Part shown: in pieces, positions 8,543 to 17,607 of the stretch
Layout: every line of letters begins with the position of its first letter
Position numbering within the stretch: the first letter of the stretch is position 1
Origin: a virus
Lineage: Duplodnaviria; Caudoviricetes
Virus record (IMG/VR): IMGVR_UViG_3300020045_000191
Span: 1-29,058 of that record
Direction: 5' to 3' (one strand)
DNA length: 29,058 bases
The notes under the pieces: generated by a model
Seen by the model: only the letters and a program-made list of their open reading frames with translations
Database searches by the model: none
What the model was told of the DNA's origin: nothing
Translations under genes and position numbers: made by a program

Positions 8543-10854
8543 TAAACTTTCTCCCAATTCTTTTGATCAGCGGGGTTTCCGCCTTTGAAGCGATGGCCAT
8601 CCAACACGTCGCCTTGTTTTGGCGTGGGTTTTGATGCTTGCTGGCCTTGCGGGCCAACATAGCGAACCTCTTGTGTTTCTGGGTTAAACACAGTCCCTTC
8701 TGTCACAGTCTGATTTCCCATGGCATCGGTTACTTTGCTGCCAGGGTGATAAGTGGCTGTGCCAGTCTTCATAACCCCAAGCGCCACCAGCGTGCGTTTT
8801 GCTGCTTCGCGTTCTTCAGGCGTTTTGGCGTTGGCGTAGGCGTCTTGAGCATCTGTTGCCCGCTTATCCTTCGCAAGTTCCGACTCTTGCTTGGTGCGAT
8901 TCAACCCAAACTGGCCTTGCGCGATGGCATTGGAGTCGGCGTAGCGCTTGTCCTGCGACTGTGTTTGCATCAGCTGCTGCATGAACGCGGCCTTGTGGTT
9001 TTTCCCAAGACCTGCAGTAGCGTCTTCGATCATCCTTGTGTAGTCGGACTGCGCTTTGGTTGCTGCATCACGCGCATTCATGCCGGAAACCTTGTTGTCC
9101 CATTCTTGCTTCTGTAGCCCGCGTCCTTCTGGCGTGGCTGCACTTGGTGTAAACGCGTAGCCGCCCGGGCCAGCAGAGAATGAACCAGGCGCAGCCACCT
9201 CGACCGAGCCCTGGTTCTTGAGTGCTTTACCGAGCCCATCCACCATCAGGACCGGACCACCGCCAGGCGTGCCAACATTGCGGCCTGAGTAAGTCACCCG
9301 TCCCTGGGCATCGACCGTCTTGTGAATCACGCCTTCGCGCAAGTCAGATGGGAGCTGCGGCAAATTCCCACCGGGTCGGCCACTGAGTTCATCGGTCATG
9401 TTGCGGGAAGCGCCAAGCGCCGTGCTGCTTGGATTGACATCTGTTCGACGTGGATCAAGGTAGCCTTTGCCTTGAGTGTTGTTTGGTCGCGCCGCAATTG
9501 CTGGCGATGTCAATTGCGCAACTGCTGCGGGCTTTGCCTGCGCTACGCCGGGTGCGACAGTTGCGCCAGGTGCGCCCATGGTTCCGTTGAGCATCAGGTT
9601 CTTCAGCGGATCATTGGCGTCTCCCGGGTTGGCGGTAGATCTGCGGGCTCTCTCCATTCCAAGGCCATTGAGATCGGAAGCATTCGCTGCCCTCGCGTAT
9701 TCTGGTGCATACCATGGCGCGTTCAGTGACGGCGTGGTTGGCTGTTCTGGTGGCTTCGATTGAACAGGCGCAACACCAGGGGTAGCCTGCTGCGCAGCAG
9801 TCGTCGCCGGCAGGGTTTGCTGCGCATCCATGGCGCCAAGCCCTGCGCTGGCATTGCCAAGTGACCGTGTACCAGCTGCAAACTGATTGGCTTGCGCGCC
9901 TTCTTGCAGTGCCACATTGACGGTTTTGGAGATGGGTGCCGCGTTACCAATGACTGTTGGTAGGTTCGCCCCGCCCACTTGGCGCACGCTGTTGACGCCT
10001 GCAATGAAGTTTGCGCCCGGCACGCCATTGGCAAGCATGGGCGCCGCCATGGCTGATGATTGAATGGCGCCAAGTCCAGAAGGCACGGCTGCTGCTGCTC
10101 GTAATGGGACCGATGCCACCACGCCCATGCCGCCCAATGCATTTAAGCTGTTGTTTGCGTTTCGCGTGAAGTCATTGCCCATGCTGGCACCATCGGGTGC
10201 AGGTGCTGTGCCGACAGAAGGGATTTTTGCCAACATCTCAGCGCGACGTTTCTCAACATCTCCGCCAGATTCCATGTAAACAGGCCGTACCATCCCGCCG
10301 TTCTTGAGTTGCGGCATGGGAATATTGAATCCGGATGTGATGCTGTTGGCGCTTGCGCCGATAGCCAGCTTTCGAGCCTGCTCGGTATCTGCCAGGGTTT
10401 TGGCTGCTTGCATGTCCACTGGCGGCATTGGCTGCGCCGGTTGAGGCAATGGCGCTTGCGGATCGGGCTGAATTCCGGTCGGGATCTGGGTTGCATTTGG
10501 ATCAGTTGCATCCCCAAAGCTGACAGGCCCGCCAGACCACATCTTGCGCACCATGCCACCGCATTTCATTTCTTCTTTGGCGTCATCTGCAGCATCGTCT
10601 TTAGGGTTCTTTGGCTCGTCACCCAAGTCGTTCAAGGCTTCCAGCACTTCAGGTCCGAGAATCTTGGCTGACTTGGCCTTAATCATGAACTCGCCATTGC
10701 TGGCCATGATGGGAACCAGATCATCAGTCGGGCCGCCCGGGCCCGTGATCTCGCCGCCGGTGACGCACTTCTTTGCCATCCCACCTTTTGCCATGTGCTT
10801 AGGCGGTTGATGTTTGCGAAACGCCCCGAGCTTTGACTGATTTGCTGTTTCCAT
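8542..10854 (-). CDS. Putative internal virion/DNA ejection protein
   Basis: Long G/A/P/Q-rich ORF with an N-terminal tape-measure-like motif (GGEITGPGGPTDDLVPIMASNGEF), repeated xxGGxV motifs and a C-terminal GHRFKGGNPADQKNWEKV. AAAGGTG lies before ATG 10854, downstream of a promoter motif. Confidence 0.6.
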   Translation of the reverse strand: METANQSKLGAFRKHQPPKHMAKGGMAKKCVTGGEITGPGGPTDDLVPIMASNGEFMIKAKSAKILGPEVLEALNDLGDEPKNPKDDAADDAKEEMKCGGMVRKMWSGGPVSFGDATDPNATQIPTGIQPDPQAPLPQPAQPMPPVDMQAAKTLADTEQARKLAIGASANSITSGFNIPMPQLKNGGMVRPVYMESGGDVEKRRAEMLAKIPSVGTAPAPDGASMGNDFTRNANNSLNALGGMGVVASVPLRAAAAVPSGLGAIQSSAMAAPMLANGVPGANFIAGVNSVRQVGGANLPTVIGNAAPISKTVNVALQEGAQANQFAAGTRSLGNASAGLGAMDAQQTLPATTAAQQATPGVAPVQSKPPEQPTTPSLNAPWYAPEYARAANASDLNGLGMERARRSTANPGDANDPLKNLMLNGTMGAPGATVAPGVAQAKPAAVAQLTSPAIAARPNNTQGKGYLDPRRTDVNPSSTALGASRNMTDELSGRPGGNLPQLPSDLREGVIHKTVDAQGRVTYSGRNVGTPGGGPVLMVDGLGKALKNQGSVEVAAPGSFSAGPGGYAFTPSAATPEGRGLQKQEWDNKVSGMNARDAATKAQSDYTRMIEDATAGLGKNHKAAFMQQLMQTQSQDKRYADSNAIAQGQFGLNRTKQESELAKDKRATDAQDAYANAKTPEEREAAKRTLVALGVMKTGTATYHPGSKVTDAMGNQTVTEGTVFNPETQEVRYVGPQGQQASKPTPKQGDVLDGHRFKGGNPADQKNWEKV

Positions 10855-10879
10855 GCTGCACCTTTTCAATATGCGGTGC

Positions 10880-10921
10880 ATTCTGGAGATTTGCCCATCA
10901 TTGGGCAAACCCTACTGGGGG
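10880..10921 (-). promoter_or_regulatory. Late-promoter motif copy 1 (CCCCCAGTAGGGTTTGC), -35-like TTGCCC / 17 bp / -10-like CAGAAT
   Basis: 17-bp motif at 10905-10921 shared with three other intergenic sites. It overlaps the inverted repeat TTTGCCCA-N4-TGGGCAAA. Confidence 0.7.
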
Positions 10922-12817
10922 TTATTCAGTCGCGCTGATGGATGCCAAGCTGTTCATCCCGGCCATGGCAGAACCGGCCAAGTTAGCGTGTACCGTGGCG
11001 TTGGCCGTGTGCAGGGTTGACAGAAGCTGAATATATTTGCTCTTGGCCTCCACGTCAGCGACACCGCGCTGCATGAATAGCCGGCCTTGCTCGACAGTGA
11101 TGTTCCCGACTGCCTTGTAATATTCCATTCCAACCTGAGCCTTTGCGACCTGAGCCTGTGTCTTCGCCTGGAAGGCGACAACGGTCTGACGGGCGCTCTC
11201 CAGTTTGGTTCTGGCTATATCGCCTTGGGCACTGACCACAGCCTTATATCCCTCAACTTCAGCGACGTACTGCTTGGCGCGGGCGTCGTTTGTCATGGCT
11301 GTTGCGCGTGCCGCTTCGGCTTGGGCGTCGATCTTTGCCTTAAACCCTTGAACCTCAGCTCCATAGGCCTGCACCTGGGCGCTGAACATCTTGGCTTTGG
11401 CTTCCTCGCCATTGATAGCGGCAGCGTAACCCTGCCATTCGGCGCTCTTGGCTTGCACCTGGGCGCCATAAGCCTGCACCTGGGCCTGGAACAGATCAAT
11501 ACGCAGGCGCTCAAGTGAGGCTTTGCTGACCACCGCCTCGACCTGGGTCTTATACATCGAGGACATGGCTGTCAGCACGTCAATGCGTGCCCGGTAGACA
11601 TTCACCTGGGCCATGTCGACCTCGGTGAGTGCTTGCAGGGCTTGGATTTCAGCCTTGTAGACCTCAATCCCGGCGAGTGCCCCGCGCATCAGCGTCTCGT
11701 AGACCTGGGCTTCTGTTTTGTACGCATCCAGCTTGGCCATGAAAACCTTAACCTGGGTGTTATACATCTCGATGATGGAGTTCAGTACGCTCTTGGCGTA
11801 GTCCAGCGCCTGACCGTTCAGGGTGGACAGGTTCTGCATGTAGGCCATCGCCGCGCTGACCATGGCTGTGCGCAATCCGGTAGACGTGGTGATAGCAAAT
11901 TGCAGGTTCTTCTGCTCCATCTCGGCCTGCATCACGATGATCTCGTTGGCAGTCTTGTTATTGTTGTTCGCTGCCTCTTGGCGGGCCCGGGCCAGCGTTG
12001 ACGCCAGCGCACCGTTTGGCAGGGTGAAGCCGCGTGCGGCCATGTCTGCAAAGGCGGCGTCCTGCACGCGTTTGGCTTCCACGTCGTTCTTGGCGCGGCC
12101 ACGACTGTATATGGCATCCTCAACCTCGGGCCTCAAGCCGGTACCGCCAGCCAGATAAGTACTTAGCTGGGACTCGATCTTGGCCATCTGCGCGTGGTAC
12201 TGCGGGTTCAGTTTGACAAGCTCTGCATCCACGTAGCTGTTGGCCACGGTAACGAACTCCTGAGTGGCTGAGTGAAACGCGGTGTTAAGTGTTCCAGGCA
12301 GATCTGTCGGAGCGGTAGGAAGGTCAGTTGGCATGGAGCCGTCAAACGTAGGTAGGCGCACCAGTGGCTTGTCTGGGGCTGTCCTCGGAGTGATCGTTGG
12401 CACCTCTGGGACGATCAGACTTGGCGCCGCAGGGAACGATGCACTGAGGTTGATAGACGGCGGGGTTTGCTGAAACCCATTGAGCTGGCTCGGTTTGTCT
12501 GGCAGAGTGATACTCTGAATTGTGGCGCGAAGCTCTGGAATGGTCCCAATGATTACTGGTGAGATATCCTGAAACTGCGGAGAAGCACCTGGCGCAGCAG
12601 GCAAATCCAGCGTAATGTCTGCCAGCGTAGGCACCTCAGCATCAATTGTGGATGGCGGTGCGTCTGGTAGGCCTATGGTTACCAAGGGGACACTCGGCTC
12701 CCGCGCCCACTCAACTGCGCCGATAGCATCTGCCAGGGCCGTCTCGGATGTGGCTACCAGCTCATCGGTGTATTTCTTTGCTGCATCAATCAGCTTGGTT
12801 ACGTTTTCGGTCGCCAT
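10922..12817 (-). CDS. Virion protein with a Pro-rich N-terminus and a long coiled coil (ejection/tail-extension candidate)
   Basis: 631-aa ORF with a GGAG RBS and repeats such as AQVQAYGAQVQA and AQVQAYGAEVQG; lies within the tail gene cluster. Confidence 0.6.
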   Translation of the reverse strand: MATENVTKLIDAAKKYTDELVATSETALADAIGAVEWAREPSVPLVTIGLPDAPPSTIDAEVPTLADITLDLPAAPGASPQFQDISPVIIGTIPELRATIQSITLPDKPSQLNGFQQTPPSINLSASFPAAPSLIVPEVPTITPRTAPDKPLVRLPTFDGSMPTDLPTAPTDLPGTLNTAFHSATQEFVTVANSYVDAELVKLNPQYHAQMAKIESQLSTYLAGGTGLRPEVEDAIYSRGRAKNDVEAKRVQDAAFADMAARGFTLPNGALASTLARARQEAANNNNKTANEIIVMQAEMEQKNLQFAITTSTGLRTAMVSAAMAYMQNLSTLNGQALDYAKSVLNSIIEMYNTQVKVFMAKLDAYKTEAQVYETLMRGALAGIEVYKAEIQALQALTEVDMAQVNVYRARIDVLTAMSSMYKTQVEAVVSKASLERLRIDLFQAQVQAYGAQVQAKSAEWQGYAAAINGEEAKAKMFSAQVQAYGAEVQGFKAKIDAQAEAARATAMTNDARAKQYVAEVEGYKAVVSAQGDIARTKLESARQTVVAFQAKTQAQVAKAQVGMEYYKAVGNITVEQGRLFMQRGVADVEAKSKYIQLLSTLHTANATVHANLAGSAMAGMNSLASISATE

Positions 12818-12820
12818 GGT

Positions 12821-14482
12821 TTAAATTCTCCGAGTTGTTTTGTGAACATCGAGCTCAATACTGTCGATCTCGCACACGCCTGCGCCTGATGCACCGAGTG
12901 CGTAATACCGCTCCTTGAGCCCCTTGCCGAACGCTTGTCTGTGGTTCTGGGCCAGCGCATCACGCGGGGTGCTGTAGCTGTAGGTGTTCGGGGCCTGCTC
13001 ACCTGCGTGCAGCTGTACGGTGCTGGCCGGTCCAAACCTGCCACCGAAGTACGCCGACGCGACGGTCTTCTTCTCCGGGCTCTTGAAATCCGTCATCGCC
13101 GTCTTAACCGCCCATGGGATCGGTGTGGCGTCGTCTGTCGTGCCTTCAAGCAGATAGAGGCCGGTGCCGTTCACGCCGTAGTAGCTTTTGAGGTGGCGCA
13201 CGACATGGGTGAACGGGAAGTTCGTGTAGCGGGTGGTCTCGTCGACGGGCTCAACGCCTGGGCGCGGGGTGTGCTTCAGATTGACGGCGTAGGCCTCGTA
13301 GGTAGCCGTGACGACCGCTGTACCGATGGCGGTGAGGCTCAGACTAGGCAGCGAGGCAGCAGCTCGGACCGACGCACCCATAGCCAGGCTCGGCAGCACG
13401 ATGGCAGCCGAGCCGTAGTTGTTTGCTGCGGCGACTGCGGTCGCCTCGAACAACGGCAACGTGATCTGGGCACTGGCGACACCGCCGGTTGTGCCGGTAG
13501 CCTGTAGGGTGACAGAGCCCAAGTTGACACTGATCAGCGCCCCGGCGTAGCTGGCAGACGTGAATGCGGGCAGGCTGATGTCTGCTTGGGCCGTGGCAGC
13601 CACGGTGCCCGAGATCACCGGCGATAGGCTTGGCAGGGTGATCTCTGCGCTGGCGTAGTTGGTGGCTGTTGCTGAGGCGGGCGCAGACAGCTTGGGTAGC
13701 GTGAGTTCGGCATTTGCACCGGTGGCGATGGCAACAGAGAGTGCTGGCAGTGTGATGGCTGCAGCCTGGTCGCCGGAGCTGTCGTGGCCTAGGGCCAGGG
13801 CTGACAGTGAGGGGAGCACCGCACCGCCCGCCACACTGCCTATTACTGGGTGACCTGCTGCGCTCGACGTAATCATCGGGAGCGAAAAATCAATAGCCCC
13901 TGTGTCGTCCGGCGCTATCGGCGCACCGAAGTACACCGGCCCGATGTCTACGGTCGGTCGGCACGCGACTGACACAGTCATCAGAGCACTGGTCGTCGAG
14001 TACGCCTCGGTGAACGGGTAGGTCGTCCCGAACGCGGTAATGGACTGTGCCCCGGGGGTGACATCAATTACTACAGGGTAGGTCGCATTCGCCGCGAGGG
14101 TGACCGCATAAGGACCATGCCCCGTGTACGAGGTCCCCGTCGTGATAATTATCTGTTTCGCTGACGATGAGTTCGTCCCCAGTGCGAGCTCGAACACGGC
14201 GTCGCCAAGGGTGATGCTTACTGTCGCCAGTGGATAGTCTGCAGCGAACGCTACCGAGGACCCCGTGAGGATCGAAAACCGCAGCTGCTGGTTCGTGAGG
14301 ACTGTGGTCGTTGCCGCGTCGATGGCACACGTCCACATGTCGAAGTTAGCCGTCACACGCCCGCTGGCGCAGACCAGGTTCGACGACCCCGCCCACAATG
14401 CCCCGCTGTTGGCTACCGTGTCGGGGGCGCTACCGCTCAGCGTACCCGTCCGAGCGAAGTTGTCTTGCAAGTAAATGGTCAT
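12821..14482 (-). CDS. Tail fibre-like protein: N-terminal beta-sandwich head, ~10 LPxL repeats, C-terminal anchor-like domain
   Basis: Repeats of the form A.ITLP.L...A.G at ~13315-13900; ATGA overlap with the upstream gene. Confidence 0.6.
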   Translation of the reverse strand: MTIYLQDNFARTGTLSGSAPDTVANSGALWAGSSNLVCASGRVTANFDMWTCAIDAATTTVLTNQQLRFSILTGSSVAFAADYPLATVSITLGDAVFELALGTNSSSAKQIIITTGTSYTGHGPYAVTLAANATYPVVIDVTPGAQSITAFGTTYPFTEAYSTTSALMTVSVACRPTVDIGPVYFGAPIAPDDTGAIDFSLPMITSSAAGHPVIGSVAGGAVLPSLSALALGHDSSGDQAAAITLPALSVAIATGANAELTLPKLSAPASATATNYASAEITLPSLSPVISGTVAATAQADISLPAFTSASYAGALISVNLGSVTLQATGTTGGVASAQITLPLFEATAVAAANNYGSAAIVLPSLAMGASVRAAASLPSLSLTAIGTAVVTATYEAYAVNLKHTPRPGVEPVDETTRYTNFPFTHVVRHLKSYYGVNGTGLYLLEGTTDDATPIPWAVKTAMTDFKSPEKKTVASAYFGGRFGPASTVQLHAGEQAPNTYSYSTPRDALAQNHRQAFGKGLKERYYALGASGAGVCEIDSIELDVHKTTRRI

Positions 14483-15921
14483 AGGTGTCTCACGTCGTAA
14501 AAGTCGGGGGCGACGACATACGCTATCTGGGAATTAAGTGCGGTCTGCAGCGGGTTTAGAGATCGCCGGGGTACGTGGGTCACATTGTTTGCAAGCAAGA
14601 CCGCACTGAACGTCTGGCTCCCATGCTTGAGCACACCTATCTTTGGGGCTGCCGCCTCTCCGTACCACTCGAACAGGGCGTGTTGCTTACCTATGTGTAT
14701 GAAGTTCATCCTGCTCGACCTCACCGCCAGGGAGGAAGCAGGGGAAAGTGAGAACGTGTTGAAGTCCTCGTCTATAGGCATCATCACGTTGACTCCGGTG
14801 AGGTCGCCCGTCCCCAGTTCCCGCTGGTTGAACAGCACGTTGGGTGTGTCAACGTCGTCGCAAAGGGTGAACGCCACTTTGGCGAACACAGTGTGCGCCT
14901 CCTTCCCGCTGGGTGGCAGCGCGAACTTCCCAACGATAAACGGCTCAGACCCCGTCACGATTGAGCCGACCAGCCTGCCTGTGAACCTTATGGGGTCAAC
15001 CACCTGCTCGCTGCCCGTAGGGATCGTGGCAGGCGGCGTCTTCGTGGTTTTGGCAGACTTCCAAGTAGTCGGGTTACTGCTGAACACCGGTCCGCCCGAC
15101 GCCTCGTTGTACCCGGCTGCACTTACCGGAGTGTCGTAGCGCCCGAAGTGAGAGATAGCGGTCGCCATTGGAACCAATGACGGGAAGCTACTGGTCGGCG
15201 AAAAATACGGGAACTCAGACCACCCGTGGGTCCTGTTGTTCCACGTCACGTCCCGCATCACGAACCCTAGCTTGTATGAGTACGACAGGTGGTTCCTCAC
15301 GGTTCCAGCCGTCGTGTTGACCAGCACCTGGGTTGCGACCCGCGCGGGTGTCGGATAGCGTATGTGGTCTTCGGGGGTAAAGGTGATGGTGCGCCGGGTG
15401 CTGAATGAGGTTCCCTCTATTTTGTAATCCTCGACAACATTAGCGGCGCTCTGTGTGTACGCCCCCTCAGTCGCCTTGTCTGATGGGAGCGGAAGAGCTA
15501 TGTACGCTGAGTACTGGAGCGTGTATGTCTGCGGGGACGACTCGGAGCTCACAAGGATAGGTATCGCCTTCCCTTTGTACACAACAGCCCCGCTGAACGT
15601 CCCGTGTTTGTACTCCGCCACCTTGACAACCTTCAGCTTCGGAACCCCAACACGCACAGAGAAGAATTCTGCAATGAACTCGCTACCCAGTGGCAGGACA
15701 TCCGGGTTCGGACCAAAGCAGCCCAGTGTGAACCTCTCTGGAACCTCAGATATCCAGATGTACTCGTGTGCAGGCTCGATGCGCACCTTGATCAGCATAC
15801 CCTCTACCTCGTACTGCTGGCTCGCGTATGCGAGCCCCAGCTTCTTCAGCTTGGTGATGCAGTTCTCCGCGAAGGGTCTGTACTTCCACCCTTCAGCGGA
15901 GTCGATCAAGACATGGCGCAT
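14479..15921 (-). CDS. Putative tail-associated protein with a beta-rich variable C-terminus
   Basis: 480-aa ORF in the tail cluster, tightly packed with its neighbours. Confidence 0.55.
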   Translation of the reverse strand: MRHVLIDSAEGWKYRPFAENCITKLKKLGLAYASQQYEVEGMLIKVRIEPAHEYIWISEVPERFTLGCFGPNPDVLPLGSEFIAEFFSVRVGVPKLKVVKVAEYKHGTFSGAVVYKGKAIPILVSSESSPQTYTLQYSAYIALPLPSDKATEGAYTQSAANVVEDYKIEGTSFSTRRTITFTPEDHIRYPTPARVATQVLVNTTAGTVRNHLSYSYKLGFVMRDVTWNNRTHGWSEFPYFSPTSSFPSLVPMATAISHFGRYDTPVSAAGYNEASGGPVFSSNPTTWKSAKTTKTPPATIPTGSEQVVDPIRFTGRLVGSIVTGSEPFIVGKFALPPSGKEAHTVFAKVAFTLCDDVDTPNVLFNQRELGTGDLTGVNVMMPIDEDFNTFSLSPASSLAVRSSRMNFIHIGKQHALFEWYGEAAAPKIGVLKHGSQTFSAVLLANNVTHVPRRSLNPLQTALNSQIAYVVAPDFYDVRHL

Positions 15922-15927
15922 GTGACA

Positions 15928-16689
15928 TTACTGCGCGGGCATTGTGACCGTCAGGCTGTCGATGGTGGTTGGCGCACCGATGGCGATTACCGTGTTCGAC
16001 AGGTTCATATCTGCACCAGACACGGCGACAGAGCCGTCGAGGCGCACAGCTGTAGTGGATGCGCCGTCAGCGTCTGCTGCGCTGGCCTTGATGCGGAACC
16101 AACCAGCTGTACCTGCGTTAGCTCCGTTGAAGCTCCACACGCCGGATTTGGAAACCGTGCCAGCACTCGGCGCGCCCCACTGCAGGCCAGCGGTCGCAGC
16201 CACGCCACCGGTGATGTTGCCGCTGGAGGTGGCTGTCATGGTGGTGACGGTAGCTGCCAGGGCCAGGCCGTTGTGCGCCGCGCCGGTACCGGGTGGGGCC
16301 ACGACGGTGACGATAGCACCGGTGCCTGGGTAGGTCGCACGGTAGATGCCATTGCGGTTGATTGCGTCCGCCAGAGCCTGGGCGGTGGTGGCTGCGTCTG
16401 TGATGAACGCTACCGCACCGAGTGGGATGATGTTGAACGTGCCAATGTTGAGTGTGTTGATGGAGCCTGCTGAGCCGCCCACGGTGATCGTGGCGGAAGC
16501 CGGGGTCTCTGCAACAAACGCAGCTGAGGCGATAGACACACGACCGAGCAGTGTGCCCGTGATGGCGGAGTCTGCTGTGGTCGGCTGCGTGCCGGTATAA
16601 ATGTCGATGACACCACCGGCAAAGCTGGCGGCAACACCAGTTGAGCCGACGATGTTGTTTCGTAATTGGGTCGAGAGGCGGATGGTCAC
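15928..16689 (-). CDS. Phage tail/structural protein
   Basis: AAGGAG RBS and GTG start; motifs IYTGTQP.TAD, GTAGWFRI and RLDGSV...GADMNLSNT are typical of a phage virion family. Confidence 0.7.
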   Translation of the reverse strand: MTIRLSTQLRNNIVGSTGVAASFAGGVIDIYTGTQPTTADSAITGTLLGRVSIASAAFVAETPASATITVGGSAGSINTLNIGTFNIIPLGAVAFITDAATTAQALADAINRNGIYRATYPGTGAIVTVVAPPGTGAAHNGLALAATVTTMTATSSGNITGGVAATAGLQWGAPSAGTVSKSGVWSFNGANAGTAGWFRIKASAADADGASTTAVRLDGSVAVSGADMNLSNTVIAIGAPTTIDSLTVTMPAQ

Positions 16690-16701
16690 TTGGGTTTCTC
16701 C

Positions 16702-17604
16702 TTAAAGAGCGTTGAAGGGCACACCGCCCTGTTGAAGAAGGGCGAGGTAGCGCTTCTGGCCACCTGCCCGCACAAGGCAGCCCCCGGCGCGAACGCCTGG
16801 TGCCACGCTGATTTGTTTCTCGGTGAGGTTCTGGAAAGGCAGCGCAGCGCACAGGCCACGGGTGCTCCAGAACAGAGTTCGTTCACCGTCACGATCCCAG
16901 TGCCTGCCCGGCACCACGCCGTAGTCGGCCAGCTGATCGAGCTTGGAACCGTCGTAGGCATAGATGCGGCTGTCGGTACCGACGATCAGAGCCGCGTCGT
17001 GCGGAGCCAGCATGTGGGCGCGCCCGGGCACGATGATGAAGTTCGAGTCGAGGTTGAACAGGTGGTATCCGAGCGGTTCTGAAAACCACACGACGGTCTG
17101 GTTCTCGCTGGCCAAATACTGGCAGGCGTACATCCGGCCCTTCCAGAACTGGATCACGTCGGTGTCCCTGGGCAAGGTATCGTACAGCACCGCCAGGTCT
17201 TGCCCATCGTCGCCCTTGAAGCCTGCGCCATAGGATACCGGGGCACCGCGCCAGATGCTGACGGAGTTGTCTGGGCGGATCACACCACTGTCAGTGCCGT
17301 TGTTGAAGTAAACGTCGTCGTTGACCTCGGTCCAGTAGACCGGGTCAGTTGACGTGATCGCAGCGACAGTTAAGCCATCGAAAGTCTGGATTTCTGTGGC
17401 CGTGGCCAGGTAGGTGCGTGCGAAATCGAACGTGCTGAAGGCAGAAGTGAATGCCGCTGCTCGGACTGGTGTGTACCCGCCACGCTTGGTTATCGCGCCC
17501 GTATCAGTGATGTTGACGTTATCGGCCTGGACGAGCCAGGACAAGCCCATGCGCATGGCGTCCGAGACGTTATTGAGTCCTTTGAAGCTCGATACGGTGG
17601 CCAT
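16702..17604 (-). CDS. Tail nozzle/head-closure-like beta-rich virion protein
   Basis: FKGLNNV...LVQADNVNI...G...RGG N-terminus typical of podophage tail-tube-B/stabilisation proteins; directly follows the adaptor gene. Confidence 0.6.
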   Translation of the reverse strand: MATVSSFKGLNNVSDAMRMGLSWLVQADNVNITDTGAITKRGGYTPVRAAAFTSAFSTFDFARTYLATATEIQTFDGLTVAAITSTDPVYWTEVNDDVYFNNGTDSGVIRPDNSVSIWRGAPVSYGAGFKGDDGQDLAVLYDTLPRDTDVIQFWKGRMYACQYLASENQTVVWFSEPLGYHLFNLDSNFIIVPGRAHMLAPHDAALIVGTDSRIYAYDGSKLDQLADYGVVPGRHWDRDGERTLFWSTRGLCAALPFQNLTEKQISVAPGVRAGGCLVRAGGQKRYLALLQQGGVPFNAL

Positions 17605-17607
17605 GGT

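Noticed and set aside
12821-16689. Diversity-generating retroelement target in the tail genes
   Set aside because: No reverse transcriptase and no TR/VR repeat pair were seen in this window.
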